NCBI RefSeq assembly: GCF_000150275.1
Contig: NW_002060947.1
Span: 7,425,880 to 7,489,879, forward strand
DNA length: 64,000 bases
Source: Trichoplax adhaerens
Lineage: Eukaryota > Animalia > Placozoa
Reading direction: 5' to 3'
The position numbers and the translations under genes are program-made. This document shows positions 34,701-49,100 of the stretch, in pieces (the stretch's first letter is position 1; each line of letters opens with the position of its first letter). Under the pieces are notes generated by a model, which did not search any database, was not told the DNA's origin, and saw nothing but the letters and a program-made list of their open reading frames with translations.

Positions 34701-37700
34701 CTAAACAACTTTTAAACTGGCCGTTGTCAAAGCCACATTTTCATCAAAATCTTTGACATCTTGTTTTACCGTAGGTAGCGAGCCCGAATTGACATGGTAG
34801 AATCGTATACGGCTTAATATACGCGCAACAGAATCATTGACTGGATTACAACAAACTTGGACACATAAGGTAATCATCTTGAACATACATCCAAAGAGAA
34901 TACTAAGACCGCGAATACATGGAGTATAAGCCCAAATTTGACCAAATACAACACAAGCAAAGTAACAGCCGCAAAAGAGTGCACAAGGCAGAGCAAAGAT
35001 GGCACTGATAATTCTGTAGCACCATAGTTTAGAGCCTTCAAAGATAGTGTAACTCAATTTCCAGATAGCATCAAACGAGTAATTTCCATGTGGTTCGGCA
35101 AAGACTTCCGAGAAAGATACCTAAAAATCAATCGATAATCATCCTTCTTATACAGCAATAAAACTTCATCATCGTTTCCATTTTAATTTTAAAATGAATG
35201 AATAAGGATCAGCACGGATATCCGACTCTGACAATAGTCATTATTGCATTTGCACTCGATGTAGAATCAATTATTCTATCATGATTCATTTTCAAAGTAA
35301 AGTTGTATACTTGATGGGCTAGCATCAAGTCCATTCGATCCAAATACAAAATCAAACAGTAACGAACTTGATGCTATTCCTTCAAGTAAAAGGTCAACCA
35401 GGCCTTGTTACTCTATTCGCAAATTCATTCTACAATTGGTGGTACATTCAGTACGCTCCATCCCGCTGGAATAAATTTCGCCATTGTCGGCTACAATTGT
35501 CGTGGTTTACGTTAGCAGCAGGCTTGCTACCATGGCGAAATTTGAACTACGTAAAACTAAAAGGAAATCAACTGGCCATGCCAGATATGGATTCCCCCCC
35601 CCCCCCTACGAAAAAAGACATAACATGTCAAATATGGGTACTATCAGCAATCAATATACTGTTAACTAATATCCCAATCAAAAACCAAATTCACTAGACT
35701 ACAGAAAACTCTTTGTTACCCCCTACCATTGCATCTAAAATGTTATTTGGTCGTTAGAATGGCAGTCTACGCTATTATCCTCATCGATCAATAACGATCA
35801 TAATATCATACAGAACGACTATTCAACTACATCAAGGCATGTCAATAACTTGCATTATATCAGTTCGGTCATGAAAGGATTGCAAAGACTAAAGGCTATC
35901 GTCTTTGCGTCTACATACCTCAGCGTGAAAAACTTTGAATTAAAATACTTTCTACTTGTAATCTAATTCACTATCGTCAACCAATTTTGTTCTGTCGTAT
36001 CAGTATGCAGTTTCCAAAAGTCATACTAATACAAGTGATAACTAAAGTTGGTTTTGATAACAATATCAAAAGAGAAAAAAAAGATGTCTACACAGCCATG
36101 TTGTAGCAGTAGGGGATAAAATTCTCCATGCTACCACCGTAAGTGCTTCCGTCGAGATTAGCAAAGCGTAAGGTACAACCCCATCCCCAAAATTGCAATA
36201 CATGGCTGCTACACTAACAAGTTATAATTTAGAAGGAAATAGACTAATCGATTAGGTAGCCTTTATTATTTTGACGAAAAGAACGTCTTAAAATAGATTT
36301 TATCAAAGTAATCTATGAGTCAACAAGTCAATTTGATGCTACTAATTTAATAATTGATCTACTTGCGTTTGCCAATGAGTAATGACTATTAATTAATACT
36401 ACACTGGACTACTGGATTAGCAGATTTGACAAATTGAGCGTTATTTTTTCTACGGTAGAAGCGGCAGTTTACAGTACGCCATTAAACGCCCTCATCTCTT
36501 TCCGCACAACTTGCAATTCTATAATGGAAGGCTTTCTACACTGTACATCGAATCAATCAATTTATTTATTTAAGTTATCCGATTAAAGCATTTTCAGTTA
36601 TTGTACACTACAGTACTATCGCTTTTGTCAAGACATGATCGATTTAAATACCGTTTTACCAATCGATTTACTAAACTGTACATCTATGGAGTAGCATGGC
36701 CATTGGGAATTTTACCAAAAAAATGCTTCGCAAAAAGTGACTATTCTATTAAATGAAAGTAGACAATCGCCAAAAGTCAAGGAATTAGGGGCAATGATAA
36801 CGCCCTTGCATAATTCAATCATTTCCGATGGTAGTAAGTGAGTGAAACTAGAGGCAGGGCAAATTAGGAGTTGTCAATTCTCTATCCAGATACAAAATGA
36901 AGGCAAATATTTGCTTAGGTGTTAGTAACCAATTTTCCAGTAATTAACAAATAGTTGCGGTTGCTCTTAATGCTTCAAAATAACAACAAGAACATTGTAA
37001 TTATAAACTAACATACTGTACTGTGTAGTCTGTAGGCTTTTAAAATAATCCCAAGCTATCACAGTTCGACAGCCGTATCGTCGTCGATCCTGACAACGGA
37101 TTACTCTAAAATTACCCTAAATATGTAGGAATTAGTGCTGGAGTAAATTGGACATTCCTTCACGTTAATAGCGCGCATTATTTTAACAGTCTAAAACATG
37201 TGTTAACACCTCTACTTATTAACTTGGATTGGAGATCCATTTAGCCTACGCCCTTTGATTACTTCAGTATCGTTGTCATCTATGTCTTTGGCGATGATGG
37301 AATAATATACGAGCATAATTTGGGGGGGGGGGTAAACATGATCAAACCTTATAGAGTTGGAATGATTCACTAGAAAAGGAGGAGGATTGATTTTAAAAAA
37401 TAGTTCCAATAAGTAAAAAGAAAAATTCACGGGTACATACTGTACGTGAAAAATTTTTAGTTACTGATCCAACTGTTTTTGGTCGGCTAGTAAATCAAAA
37501 TTCACAATCAAACTTTAATCCTCAGTTTACATTGAAAGCTAAAGCCAGTGTGTATAGCAAAAAAAAAAAATGCGTAATGAGAAGGAATTGAACTTTATAT
37601 AGGAATAACAGATTACTGTAAGAGCAATTAATGTCCATTTTTTTTTAAATTGGCAAGGCAAGCGTTCAAATGTAGTCGAATAATTAACGGTAACAAAGCG

Positions 37701-40700
37701 TTATCATAAAATGGGGATTTGCTGATTTTACTATCATGGGCAAAATCAACTTTTGTAACGATGCTGTTGATTTTTCCACCATATCGTTGCGTAAGCAAGT
37801 CTATATCTATATTTCATCAAGCGGATAGACCAAAAGGGAAAATCAACTACGCTTGGATTCATGTATTTCAGTTAGCGCACGACTGACTGAAATGATTTTT
37901 TATCGTTTATTAATTCATTATGAATTTCTCCATTTATTGGGCTATCCATTAAAGTTGATAATCCACGCCTAAGCGGAGGCGTTCAATTGCACATTATCTT
38001 GCAATCATCAAGTTGTGATTGCATGATCATTTTTTTTTGGCGTGGTGGGTAAAGGAGTAGGGGGAAAAAGAAGAAATAAAAAATAACTTCAAATGGCATC
38101 TTTTTACCTTCAAGTGTTCATTAATACCATTAGGATCACGATCAGAGACATTCATATTGAATTTCAGGTTGACCGGTTCATCAGAGGTTTCTGGAGCATG
38201 GCCTTTTTCAGAGTCAGACATTTTGCTTGTGCCTTGATTCTGTAATCGATTGACAAGACAAAGAAGGCAAAAAGAGAGAGAGAGAGAAAAAAAAATGAAG
38301 AATAATCAATAGACTTGAATAGCAAATAGATCGCTTAAATACCTTTGATGTATTGATTTTAACAAACATCAATCGAAATTAACATTATTATCGTCAAGTG
38401 AGAGAGGGGAAAAAAAAAATAAACAACCCCAATCTTCACTCACGTCAAGAATGCAATAGATATCAACATGAACACATTTCTCCTACACCAATGTAGAAGC
38501 TAGTTTAATCGTTACCTAACGTTTAGGAAATAAGAGAAAAAAAATGGATTGGAAGATGTAGAAAAATGGCTCTATCTTGATCAAGTCGCGTGGCAACTGA
38601 CAAAGTCGTAGCACAAAAGGAACTGACAAGAAAAAGGACCGAGGTCAGAGAATTTATAAACAGCAGTAGAGTACCCCAAGCCTTCTATTCTACCGGAATG
38701 GTATGCTCGTTATGTGGCTTATATGGATAACGTTTTGTTGGACAGAGTTTAGGACATGAGTAATATGGATAGCAAATTCTATCAACGCCCTTAGCAGACA
38801 CAAGAACACCACTAGGTGGGAGTGGACTTTTTCTTCCTTGCCATCATAATCTATATCATTTTTATTTTTTCTCTCTTTTCAAAAAGAATACACTAACCCT
38901 TTCTTTGATAATTCTTGTACTGTCCAACCTACTAGTTTTATTGGCCTAATTCAAGTAACGCGTACATGACTAAAGGCAATGCATTGATTTATGCCATTCA
39001 ATATTCTACACGCAATCATGATCGAGGTCAATATCGGCTTGACCTAATTAGTAGAAATAAAAAAATCGCTTCTTTTTCCATCATTGGCCAATGCCATTAT
39101 TCCTCTAAATGGCTATACAAGCACTATTGTTACAGCAAAATGCTTCCTACTGTTTAAAGAGTCTTCAAATGATTGGTCATGGATCTTATTGAGATGGTAA
39201 TATGTCAATCAATTAAAGAAATCATTATTTGCATAATAAAAATAAAAATAATAAAGCTTGCAAGGATATTCTATGCAATCAATAGCAACGAGTGGATCGG
39301 CGACGACATGACGGAGGGCTTCTACTCGTTGTGTCTCTTTACCTCGCTAAAATCCATTGTATATGTTATATGTTCTACAGAGTATATAGTCGATTAGTAT
39401 TGTTCCTCTTGATGTTGAAAAGAGCCTCAGTTTGCCACGGTAATTATGTCAATAGATCGATGCTAGCTTTTACAACGCCCAACTTGGGTATGCTTTGATG
39501 GCAATCTGATTTACTGTTGATTTTTGTGCGGGATGGACGATTGCATTACTACAACGACGTTTTAAAACTAGCATAAGCGGCACTCGATTTCACTCTGGAT
39601 TACTAAAGGAATCGACAGTCGTGTGCATTTGCACTGGGATCATCGACCTAGCCATGATTTTAAAGGCAACAATCCTCATTCACTTTATTATTCTCTTGCT
39701 TGGAGCTGAACGAGGACAACAGTATACGAGAATATACTGTATAGACAGACGGTGCTGCAGAATGGCGAGTAATGGAGGCTGCTCGGTATTTCCGATCATG
39801 GATTCATCAAGCATCGAGTCGTATAGTAATGTAGATTTTACACTTGTAATCATGTATCCTAGAGCAATGCGTGATTTTATTGACTAATCGATGGTACTCT
39901 AAAACCGAGCGCTAGTGATAATGATACAATATACGTAGAGTCAATTAATGTTAGCATGGGATAGTGCTAGACGATGCCATCAGGATAGCCTTTCTCACCC
40001 TATTGCGTAGAGCAAAGTAAAAATACAGTAGAGGCGCTCTTACCTCAATCGTAGACCTATGCATACGATGAACAAAACGCGATTCTGGAGGCTCAGTTAA
40101 AGGTACGTTTACCATCTGGTCTTTACCGCTTGCACCTGACTAGATATAGAAGGGAGAGTTTATTTTTACCCTTATGAAAGTCTTGCAGCACAATCATGGA
40201 GAGCCAGTAATTTAGCGTAAGGTAGCATTTCTCAGCTGATTGTCTACTATGGATTGATTTTGTCAACTATCCGCGGAGAACAATGTTGACATCGATTTTG
40301 CATCCATTGCAGCCGTAGTTCTGTTAGCTATAGTTTCATTTTGGTATACGGAAGAGTTCTTCAACCTTTTAAAACTGTTTACTACTCGATTGGCATAAAG
40401 CTACTAAGGTGGCATCACAAAGTATGACAAAGTATACGTACTGTATATCAAGGAATCCATTCATTTTGCGTATGGTGGTGGTATGCCGTTAGTGTATTAA
40501 TCTGACCTCTGCTGATCATCTACTACAGGAATTACTTTAATGATTTATAGTAAGAACAATTTGGTCAATGCCAATGGAGAATGATACTTTTACCATCCAA
40601 GTACGAAATCCAGTCAGTTGGCGAATACAATCGTTATCGCGATAGAGATGCCATCCATTTCAACAGTATCCTGTAGCAGTAGTAGCTCCAGGTTTACTTT

Positions 40701-41407
40701 TTAAGGGGTAAGACAGCAAAGGGAACGTTGCTGCTGTTTAACAACTGTTTTATGTTGTGCGATACTATTATTACCATAATCGAAATTTTCTACGAGTACA
40801 TACATAACTTGCTTGTCGATTGCAGCATACATTCGTCGACAGTAATTCATGACGTGTATATTAATTAATTATTATTGATTGTGCCTAGAAAAGAAGATTG
40901 CCTACTTTCTTACGTTAGGAAATTAGAATGCTTAATTTAGACAACTGGTGGAACATTGCATGGATCAGCTTATCATCATGATGCGTCGTTGACACATCTA
41001 CAAATTGCCACTTTTAAGCATAGCAGCAGCTGAATATAAAGCTGTGCTGTAATTAGAATACTTAATTTGGACAACTGGTGGAACATTGCATGGATCAGCT
41101 TATCATCATGATGCGTCGCTGACACATCTACAAATGGCCACTTTTAAGCTTAGCAGTAGCTGAATATAAAACTGTGTTGGGCCATAAGCAATAAATTAGT
41201 GTAGCTACACAAAACTAGTTACGTAACATGACGGATTCCTAAGATAAAATTTTGTCTTACCGGTAAAATATGCTCGCTCGAGCTGGACTTTGTAACTTTG
41301 TCTTCGAAATCATCAGGCTGATAATTTTCGTACAAGTCAGCATCCTCTTCTTGATAAGGATCTGTATCGCCGTTCGTTTTTGGACCTTTTGCTTGATGAT
41401 CGGCCAT
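34701..41407 (-). CDS. CAV: Caveolin; core exons 38221-38108 and 35120-34701, probable long-isoform upstream exon 41407-41261 joined at 38239
   Basis: DRDPNGINEHLK|VSFSEVFAEPHGNYSFDAIWKLSYTIFEGSKLWCYR matches the caveolin signature (RDP..N....K..FEDVIAEP.G.HSFD..W). It is followed by a Cys-rich hydrophobic hairpin and IW...PC. The upstream exon splices in frame (phase 0). Confidence 0.9.
38652..38658 (-). promoter_or_regulatory. Candidate TATA box of a proximal caveolin promoter
   Basis: TATAAAT on the minus strand about 30 nt before an ATG-free stretch that ends in the donor AG|gtaac at 38516/38515. Confidence 0.4.
40921..41176. repeat. Near-perfect tandem duplication, 2 x 130 bp
   Basis: aattagaat.cttaattt.gacaactggtggaacattgcatggatcagc... 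starts at 40921 and 41051. Confidence 0.9.
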
Positions 41408-44400
41408 ACTTTATTGGTATACGCTTATGAAACGATGATTCGTGATATCCAAATCTGCTTAAAATTATACAGAAACGAAATGAAAGTAAATAGATTATTC
41501 GGCATTGACGAAGCCGATAACTAACATCCTGAATCATCATTACTAGCAGTAGTGCTGGAGTATGCATGCAATGATTCGATTGGACGGTCTATTCATTAAT
41601 TATAATTAATGTTCAAATTAGATCTCACAGCAGTCAGTGGATGTGAGTAATCATGACAACTTTTCAGCTAAAGTATGTAAAAAGCGAGATATAGAATACT
41701 CAGTTACTGTCACTAGGGATCATTGCCATGATACTCGTATCTACCCCAGCTAGGATCGATATCTCATTTCTTCAGAATTGATAATGAATGGCGATTAAGA
41801 TGCATATACTCAAACCATTCGTATGCAGAAATGGAATACTTTACTATTAAAATTGACAGACAAATTTTAGTTGCAATTTCTCCAACTAACGGTAATTCTT
41901 AGCTATGAAGAATTATTCATAAATACAATTCTTCAAATAGGCCGTAATCATTTCTTGCACAAGTTACGTCCATGCTTTCTCCAACTATTTAGTAAACAGA
42001 GCTACTCGTCGGCTATAACGAACGAGTGGACTCCAATGGAAATAATGAAATGTCAAATTAATTTACGAGATGATGGCAATTTCTAATTCAATGCTTGCTT
42101 AAACAGCTACTTAGTGTAGGGTAAAGGAAATTGTAAACTGCAATCTCAAGTCGAAAATTGGATATCGTTCTTAAATTTGACCGCTTTACAAAATTAATAG
42201 AACCTAGTCAACTGGTTGATATGAACAAGTGATACACTGGATAGAAAATTTCCAAAGTTTTACTTCGCTACAGTGGTTATTCACAATTTCTAAAGGACTT
42301 CCACAATTCCACGTGCTAAAGTAATGGGTATCATAATTAGAACACATCAATAACATAATAAATAATGAATTCATAGGACAATCATATCCATCCATTTTTT
42401 TTACTGGCTTGTTAATACGGTAATTAATCAATAGGTGAAATTAACGCTGTCTTAACTATTGATAGAGTAATGCAACATCATTATTCATAATATAAAATAA
42501 CGGATTATGGTGAGAGTAGTTGCACTACTCTATTTGATATTCCTAAAAGAAGAGGTTATAGAATCATAATCATTAGTGAAGGGCTTTATTTTATGCCGCT
42601 ATAATACAACTCGACCTAGGCGGGTGGAAAATTGTATTACTGAGGGGTAAACATTGATCTTATTTTGCTGGAAGAATGGAGGTGGTATTAGTAACCCTAG
42701 GAGGTAATATATCATACGTCAAATATGATAAACAAAATTGGTACAGTTCGATAAGCAACATGATGATAGTAATGCCTAGGGCTATAGGATTATCTTTACA
42801 ACTATGCTATAAGCAGCGGATAACAACTATACTCCTTTTTTGCCTTCTTGCTGAAACACTAGTCTAATTTTGAAATCGTAACTGTGATATTGCATTTCTT
42901 TCTGTCCTTCGTCAGTCATGCAGGCTAAATCATGGCGCCTTATGTTTTGACTAGAGCTATCAAATTATTGTTGGAAGCTAACTATCAATTAATAATGAAA
43001 ACGATTCGCATAAGATATTACGCAGTAGTGATGGAATGCTGACAAATTAGCCATTATTCATTATTGCTGTATTGAAATCAACGGAAAAATCATTTCTTTC
43101 ATGGCTTAAAAGAAGGAGTGGATCATTAAAGTTGGAGGAATAAAATACAATAGTTGCTGTTTTTTTTGACAGTATTAAATATGGAATGATTGTAACCTCA
43201 TTATAATATCATCACATATTATTTCGTAGAGATGGATCCGAGCGATTTACCTTAATTTTACTACCTATAGTCATCGTCAACTTTGTTTCAGTTACAGGAT
43301 GAACAAAGTTGACGAATTTGTGTTTAGCTAAAACGGTTCATTTCTAAGTTCGCACTATATCGCATTAGAAATTTAGTACTATCAAGGAGTGATCGAATGC
43401 TAAAAGTAAGACATTAAATTATCGGAGATAAAGAACTATAGGTAGTAGTGGTAAAGATTTCATAAAGCACCAATCCTGCTACGATTACTATACTGCAAAT
43501 AAAAAGAAACGACATACCAAAGGATATCGAAACTTTTCCTATTTTCATTTACGTAGAGATCAAGTTACAAATATTCTATCCTAAACATGCAGTGCTGTAT
43601 TTGTTTTAAGTATACTGAGAAAAAGTAAGCAATTGTTTTTTGTGCCATAAAGTCGTAGCAATCAATTTTTCCAAACTATCTATTCATTTGTTAATAAAAG
43701 CAAAATACTTACCCTACTGTCTAGTCTAGTATAAAATAAGTCCTAGAAAAAGCACTGACGATTGAATGATTCCAGAATTAATTGATCGGATACAAAGTCG
43801 GAGGTCGAAATCCACAGGTAACGCGACTTAATGATAATGGAGGTTCAACAGGGACTATATGCAATTAAAATTTTCTTTGAGCTATAGGGCGCACCAGTTT
43901 ATAAAATGCACAATAATTTCCATGACAATATATACTGTAAGTTAATATACATTATATAGACATCAGATCCATGAATAATAAGTTATGAATAAATATCAAC
44001 ATAGGACAATAACGTATTAGCAATAATGTATTAATTATAATATCTAGGGCCGTACTATTTAGTCAAACTGTTAACTTTAGGACATCCATATACTAGATAG
44101 AACATTCTTATAGATGATGATCTATTTTCAGCTCAATGTTAATTCTTTATTTCATGCGTCAAAAACTGTATAATTCCCCTCGAAAGCCTTTAATAACATC
44201 CAATTTAACTCCGAATGAACTTATCATTTATTAAGTTAATAAAGTCAACTTTTTCATCGTAGCGATATAGAAACGATTCAAGCTGTAGTTAACTTCCGAA
44301 TTCGGGTACATGACGAATATAATTACCTTTTATTTTAAAACCGAAGCGGACATGGCTTCTATTTGTATACTGTAATGCTCACATGTAGACAATGGATATG

Positions 44401-46162
44401 ATACTATCCTTATAGAGAAGCTTTACATAAATGGAACTGCCATGATAAATAAATTCATCTTGACTAAAATATGACTAATAAGTCTTGATTTATCTAAATT
44501 CTGCTTATATTGTCCAAATAAGCGCTAACCCCTGAAACACTTCGACTGAGATTTTTTTAAATGGCCGTAGAAAGCAAGCTTTTTAAGGTACACTTGCAGA
44601 TTACATCTAACATCTGTATAAGTAGAAATGTACAATGATTAATAAAGTACTTCCTTTCTTCTAGTTATTCATATTTGCGTGATGCATTTATGAAGACACT
44701 CAAAGATTGCCGCAACAACATAATTGTTGCTCTTAACAATAGATTAAACTGAGATAAGTTGATGTCTTTTAAGGTTAAGGCCATTCATTAACTGTTCGAT
44801 TAATAACCAGTCAATGCTAATATGACCAAGATAGCGTCCATTAGTCCTATTAAAAAGGAGGTACCATGACAGTAGGCATTCCAAGCCAAGCATGCTTCGG
44901 CTTATTGCCTTACTAGGCTTACGATTATGGATAGGATTATAGTACGTAAAAAGAGCTGTTTTTAAAGTATGTGTAGAAATTATCGGAAAAGTTCTCAGAA
45001 TGAAATGTTGATAGCAGCTGGAAAGTGCAATAAGATATAGACAAATATTTACTAGTGCACAAATTCAACTGTTCTTAGAGTATTATCCCAGTTATCAGCT
45101 ATTTATAGCTATTTACAGCAAACTTTTACTGTATATATTGCTACAGTAAGCCTTCAATTAAACTTCATATATACGTTCGTCTAAAATACAATTTCACTTT
45201 AGCTTTTGCAGCTGCACTATCTATCGTCTGTATTTGATTACATTAAAAGGCTATATATTCATTTAGTTATATTTACGATGAAATTGAGTAGAAATTTTCA
45301 ATGTTTTGAATTAATTATTTGTCTGAATGCAATGATATCTACATAATTATATCGGTTTTCCTGAAACGCCGAACTATTTCACATATTTTAGTTAATTAAT
45401 TTGATTTTATTGATCGCCCAGTGCAGAATAATCAGTCTATAGAATATTACAAGAAAGCTGGAGCAATTAGGCAGAAGGTCATGTCAGTCATGTACTAACG
45501 TCATACCGGGCCATGTATGCAAAGCCAACGATTGCATTACGCGAACTACACTAATATAGTTTTCAATTACTAATCATTTTTAGCGCCGTATGTAGGTAAG
45601 AATGCTAAAAATTTCACAATTCTAGCAATAATCCTGGATTGACGTAGACTTATAGAATTTATATGATTAGCTTCAACAGGAATTGCCAAAGTTAACTGGA
45701 TACTATAGAGCTTGCATCTTGATCTTACTTCTGATGGTAAAGATATTTAAATGCTTACAGATGTACTAATGACTACCGAAAATTACCGTATAAAAGTAAA
45801 GCACTTACAATCGAAGATTTAAAATTGATCAATGCTTGTTACAATAAATTATAATCTTCTACGGGCACTAGCTTAAACATTTACGTCAACTTTGTATAAA
45901 GTAAAATCCCATGCTAAACTTTTCAGAAGGTAGAAAAATTTCAGAAGAATGACATAAAGAGCTAAAAAGCATCACTCCTCTGGTAATTACTTTTCATAAC
46001 AGCAATCCATGATATTTTTATTAGTGTTTACATTTACCAAATCAATTCCTGTATAGCAAAGTATCGTTAACACGATCATTCCATGCAATGATTATGTTAA
46101 CAAAATGGGAAGGTTGACGTACTACAGCTCTTTAGATCCTAGCATCCAATAATGAAAAGACC

Positions 46163-49100
46163 TTAATCTACATTGGCCATTGCCGATATAATACCGCAGT
46201 AGATTTCTATTCCCTTAAGGAAGATCTTTTCATTCAAAAATTCATTATGATCGTGAAGTAATACCGGCGTATAGTTCATTGGAGAGAATCCTAGGGCAGG
46301 TATTCCTGCCTGTAAATCAAGCCATATAATTTAACGCATTAGAGGTAACTTTCTTAAAAGAAAGCTCGTATTTATCATCTCCTTAAAATTACAATTACTA
46401 TTGAAACTGCTCAAATCTTACATAGATAACAAATTACGTTGAATAGTATGACATTAAATAAATAGAATAAAAGAAATTTATCAAATTAATAATTATGGTC
46501 GATGCTGTTTAATTTAGTAGAAGTAATGCGGTAAAAATTTTATTGCAAGTAATGTTAGTTCTACTGTACTACAGTCGATTATTAGAGTGTATGTAAGTGA
46601 TATAATCATATTTCCTCTTAAAAGGAAGAGATCAGCTTCATTAATACAGTACCTGGCGTAGGAATCGGCTATCTGTTGCTGCTGGAAATGTCTCTGTAAT
46701 GAGTAATAAACTCCTAAAGTTGCAAATTGATAATAAAAATAACGCGAATAAATGCAAGGGAAGGCTAACCGTAAGCTCTTAGTAAAAATTAGTAAAAATT
46801 AATTAATTACTAATTAGTAAAAATTCCGTATCACATAGGATTAATCACAAATTGGAAAAATAATCTGCCTACATATTGGAAGCCGCTGAGCTGAACGCTC
46901 TCCACCATTTATCGCTGTTGTCAATGCTGGTAATTGATTTATCCATATGACGCTGTTACAAATACAAAAATCAAAGAAATACAAATACAAATACAAAAAT
47001 TAAAGTTATTCACAGTCTAAATAGAGATTAAGTGTGGCTAACAGTACGCATATTACACCATCGCTATTTAAAATTATCTTACGTCAATAAAAGTGATTAA
47101 AATTCCATCGCCACATTCATCTGCCCAGGATCGGACTCTTTCTTCGAATTCCTGTGAAAAAAGTTATTCGTTTGAACAGAAGTAAAAAAATGTTATTGAA
47201 TTAAGGGTTATTGAACGAAGTAAAGAAATAGTCGTATGACTACCTGGAAGTCAACGTCAAGTGCAAGCCTGACGTCAATAGCTAAATGATTTGAAGAAAA
47301 ATTAATAATAAATTAGAGCCGCTCATTATTCATAAATAAAATTGACTTACTGAGCGTAACATCAGCAGGGACTACGTTCCTTTGAATACCACCGTTCACC
47401 ATAGTCATATTTATGGTTGTAACATCTCCCAATCTTAAATTATTTTCAAGCATTCTAAACAACGAATTTATTAATAATGCTGATAGTCAGTAACGGTTTA
47501 AGTATACACTTTACCACTGTTATCATGCTTTTTCATGTAAAATTCAGTTTAGAAAAGGTATAATAACAATAAATATTGATTTAACCAATCTATTCGTTAA
47601 GATAACCGTTTTTCTTCAGAATTTCGAAATTCAGTGAATTTATTCATTAGCTTCCTCTATTTAATGGTAGAATGGTGCGTTGTAAGTATACATAATACAG
47701 ATACAACGTGTATACACCTACGAGTTTACTTGTAATTCGATAATAAAGGTATTAATATCATATATTGGCTAAGTTGCTAGCAAATGGTGGTCGTTACGTA
47801 AATGCATTTTCTTACAAGCTTTTCCATCGCAGTATTCTGAACAAATCTTGAGCCGTGTCCAGGCCTTCCAGTACATTTAATTCTGACTCCTGGTATTTCG
47901 TGTTAGAATCAATTATTACCAGAACAAGCATTTAATTTGTTAAATTACTATAAAGGTAGCATTAATTAGTACTGTAGATCAACAGTTCAACACTGCATGC
48001 TGACTAAATTTCAGCTAACACTAAAAAGTTAAAGGAGAAAATTCAGTGGTGAAAGTAATAGTACAATGATAACAGCGTTGAGAATATTTACCCCAAATTG
48101 GCCGCTCAGAATTGTAAACAATAAACTCTTCCGTTGGATTTGCTAAACCTACAAAGATAGAGTTAATTGAAGGTAGTTTCAAGAATAAAAAAATTTAGTA
48201 CCAAGTGTTTTAGGAATGAACCTTCGTCAAGTGCGTAAGCAATGTTCAACTTTTTAAATTCTTCATGCTTGCAGAATAATTGCATGCCTTCCCTTCCTCC
48301 ACGTTCTTCATCTGAAATGTCAATAGGTAGATTGATCAATTCAACCAAAATAATTTAAGTGGTTCAACAGTGAAAGTAATAATAAACATGCATAGGTTAA
48401 ACGTAAACTGTATTATAGTACGCTGGCATGAACGGTTTAAAATTTAGAAACTCTCTATCATTGTTGTAAAATAGCTGTTACAAACTATTTAACAACGGAA
48501 TATGTTGGCAAGTTATAATGATGGAATGGTCTTGTCATTCAGCTATTGCCTATACTCGTAAGTCCATAATCTAACTGCATTTGTATGTACTGTATTGTAG
48601 ATTAGTATCTTGCGTGCCAAATAACATGCCATAATTTTGTATTAGAATCAACGCGTATTTGCCATTATGTAATACCTGGTACAAACGACATATGTATAGT
48701 ACGTTTAAAGCGCTTTCCTTCTTTCTTTAGTCTTCTTATAGCTTCTATATATCTAAATTACAAGGTAGTATTATCTTGCACATTCTTACTTCTGGTATTA
48801 GCAGAGAGTTAGCAAACATAATTTAAGATTAACATTCACTAACTGTATTCCTACGCATTTCATATCCTAACAAACAAGAAAATTAAAATATTATCGTTAG
48901 ACCAGAGCCTTATAATTGAAGTATGCGAATACGTAAAAACCGAGGAAATATCTGTATGCCTGCGATATTGTGGCGAAATTTATAAAGTGAAAATGCAATT
49001 TAAGCCAATACCTATGGCGTAGCGGTATAATAATGTTACCTGTGTTCCTCTTGCGTATATATCTCCTTCCGGAGTTTTAATTGCGGCAAATGGATCATGT

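Noticed and set aside
28608-41407. Synteny with the vertebrate CAV1/CAV2-MET locus
   Set aside because: The kinase is RET/FGFR-like with an Ig/FN3 ectodomain, not a Sema-domain MET, so the adjacency does not show conserved synteny.
41270-41567. ORFs 41270-41524 (+) and 41337-41567 (-)
   Set aside because: They overlap the better-supported caveolin upstream exon in antisense or another frame.
35368-42867. Numerous 60-110 aa ORFs in and around the caveolin introns
   Set aside because: They have low-information, intron-like composition and no consistent splice signals or motifs.
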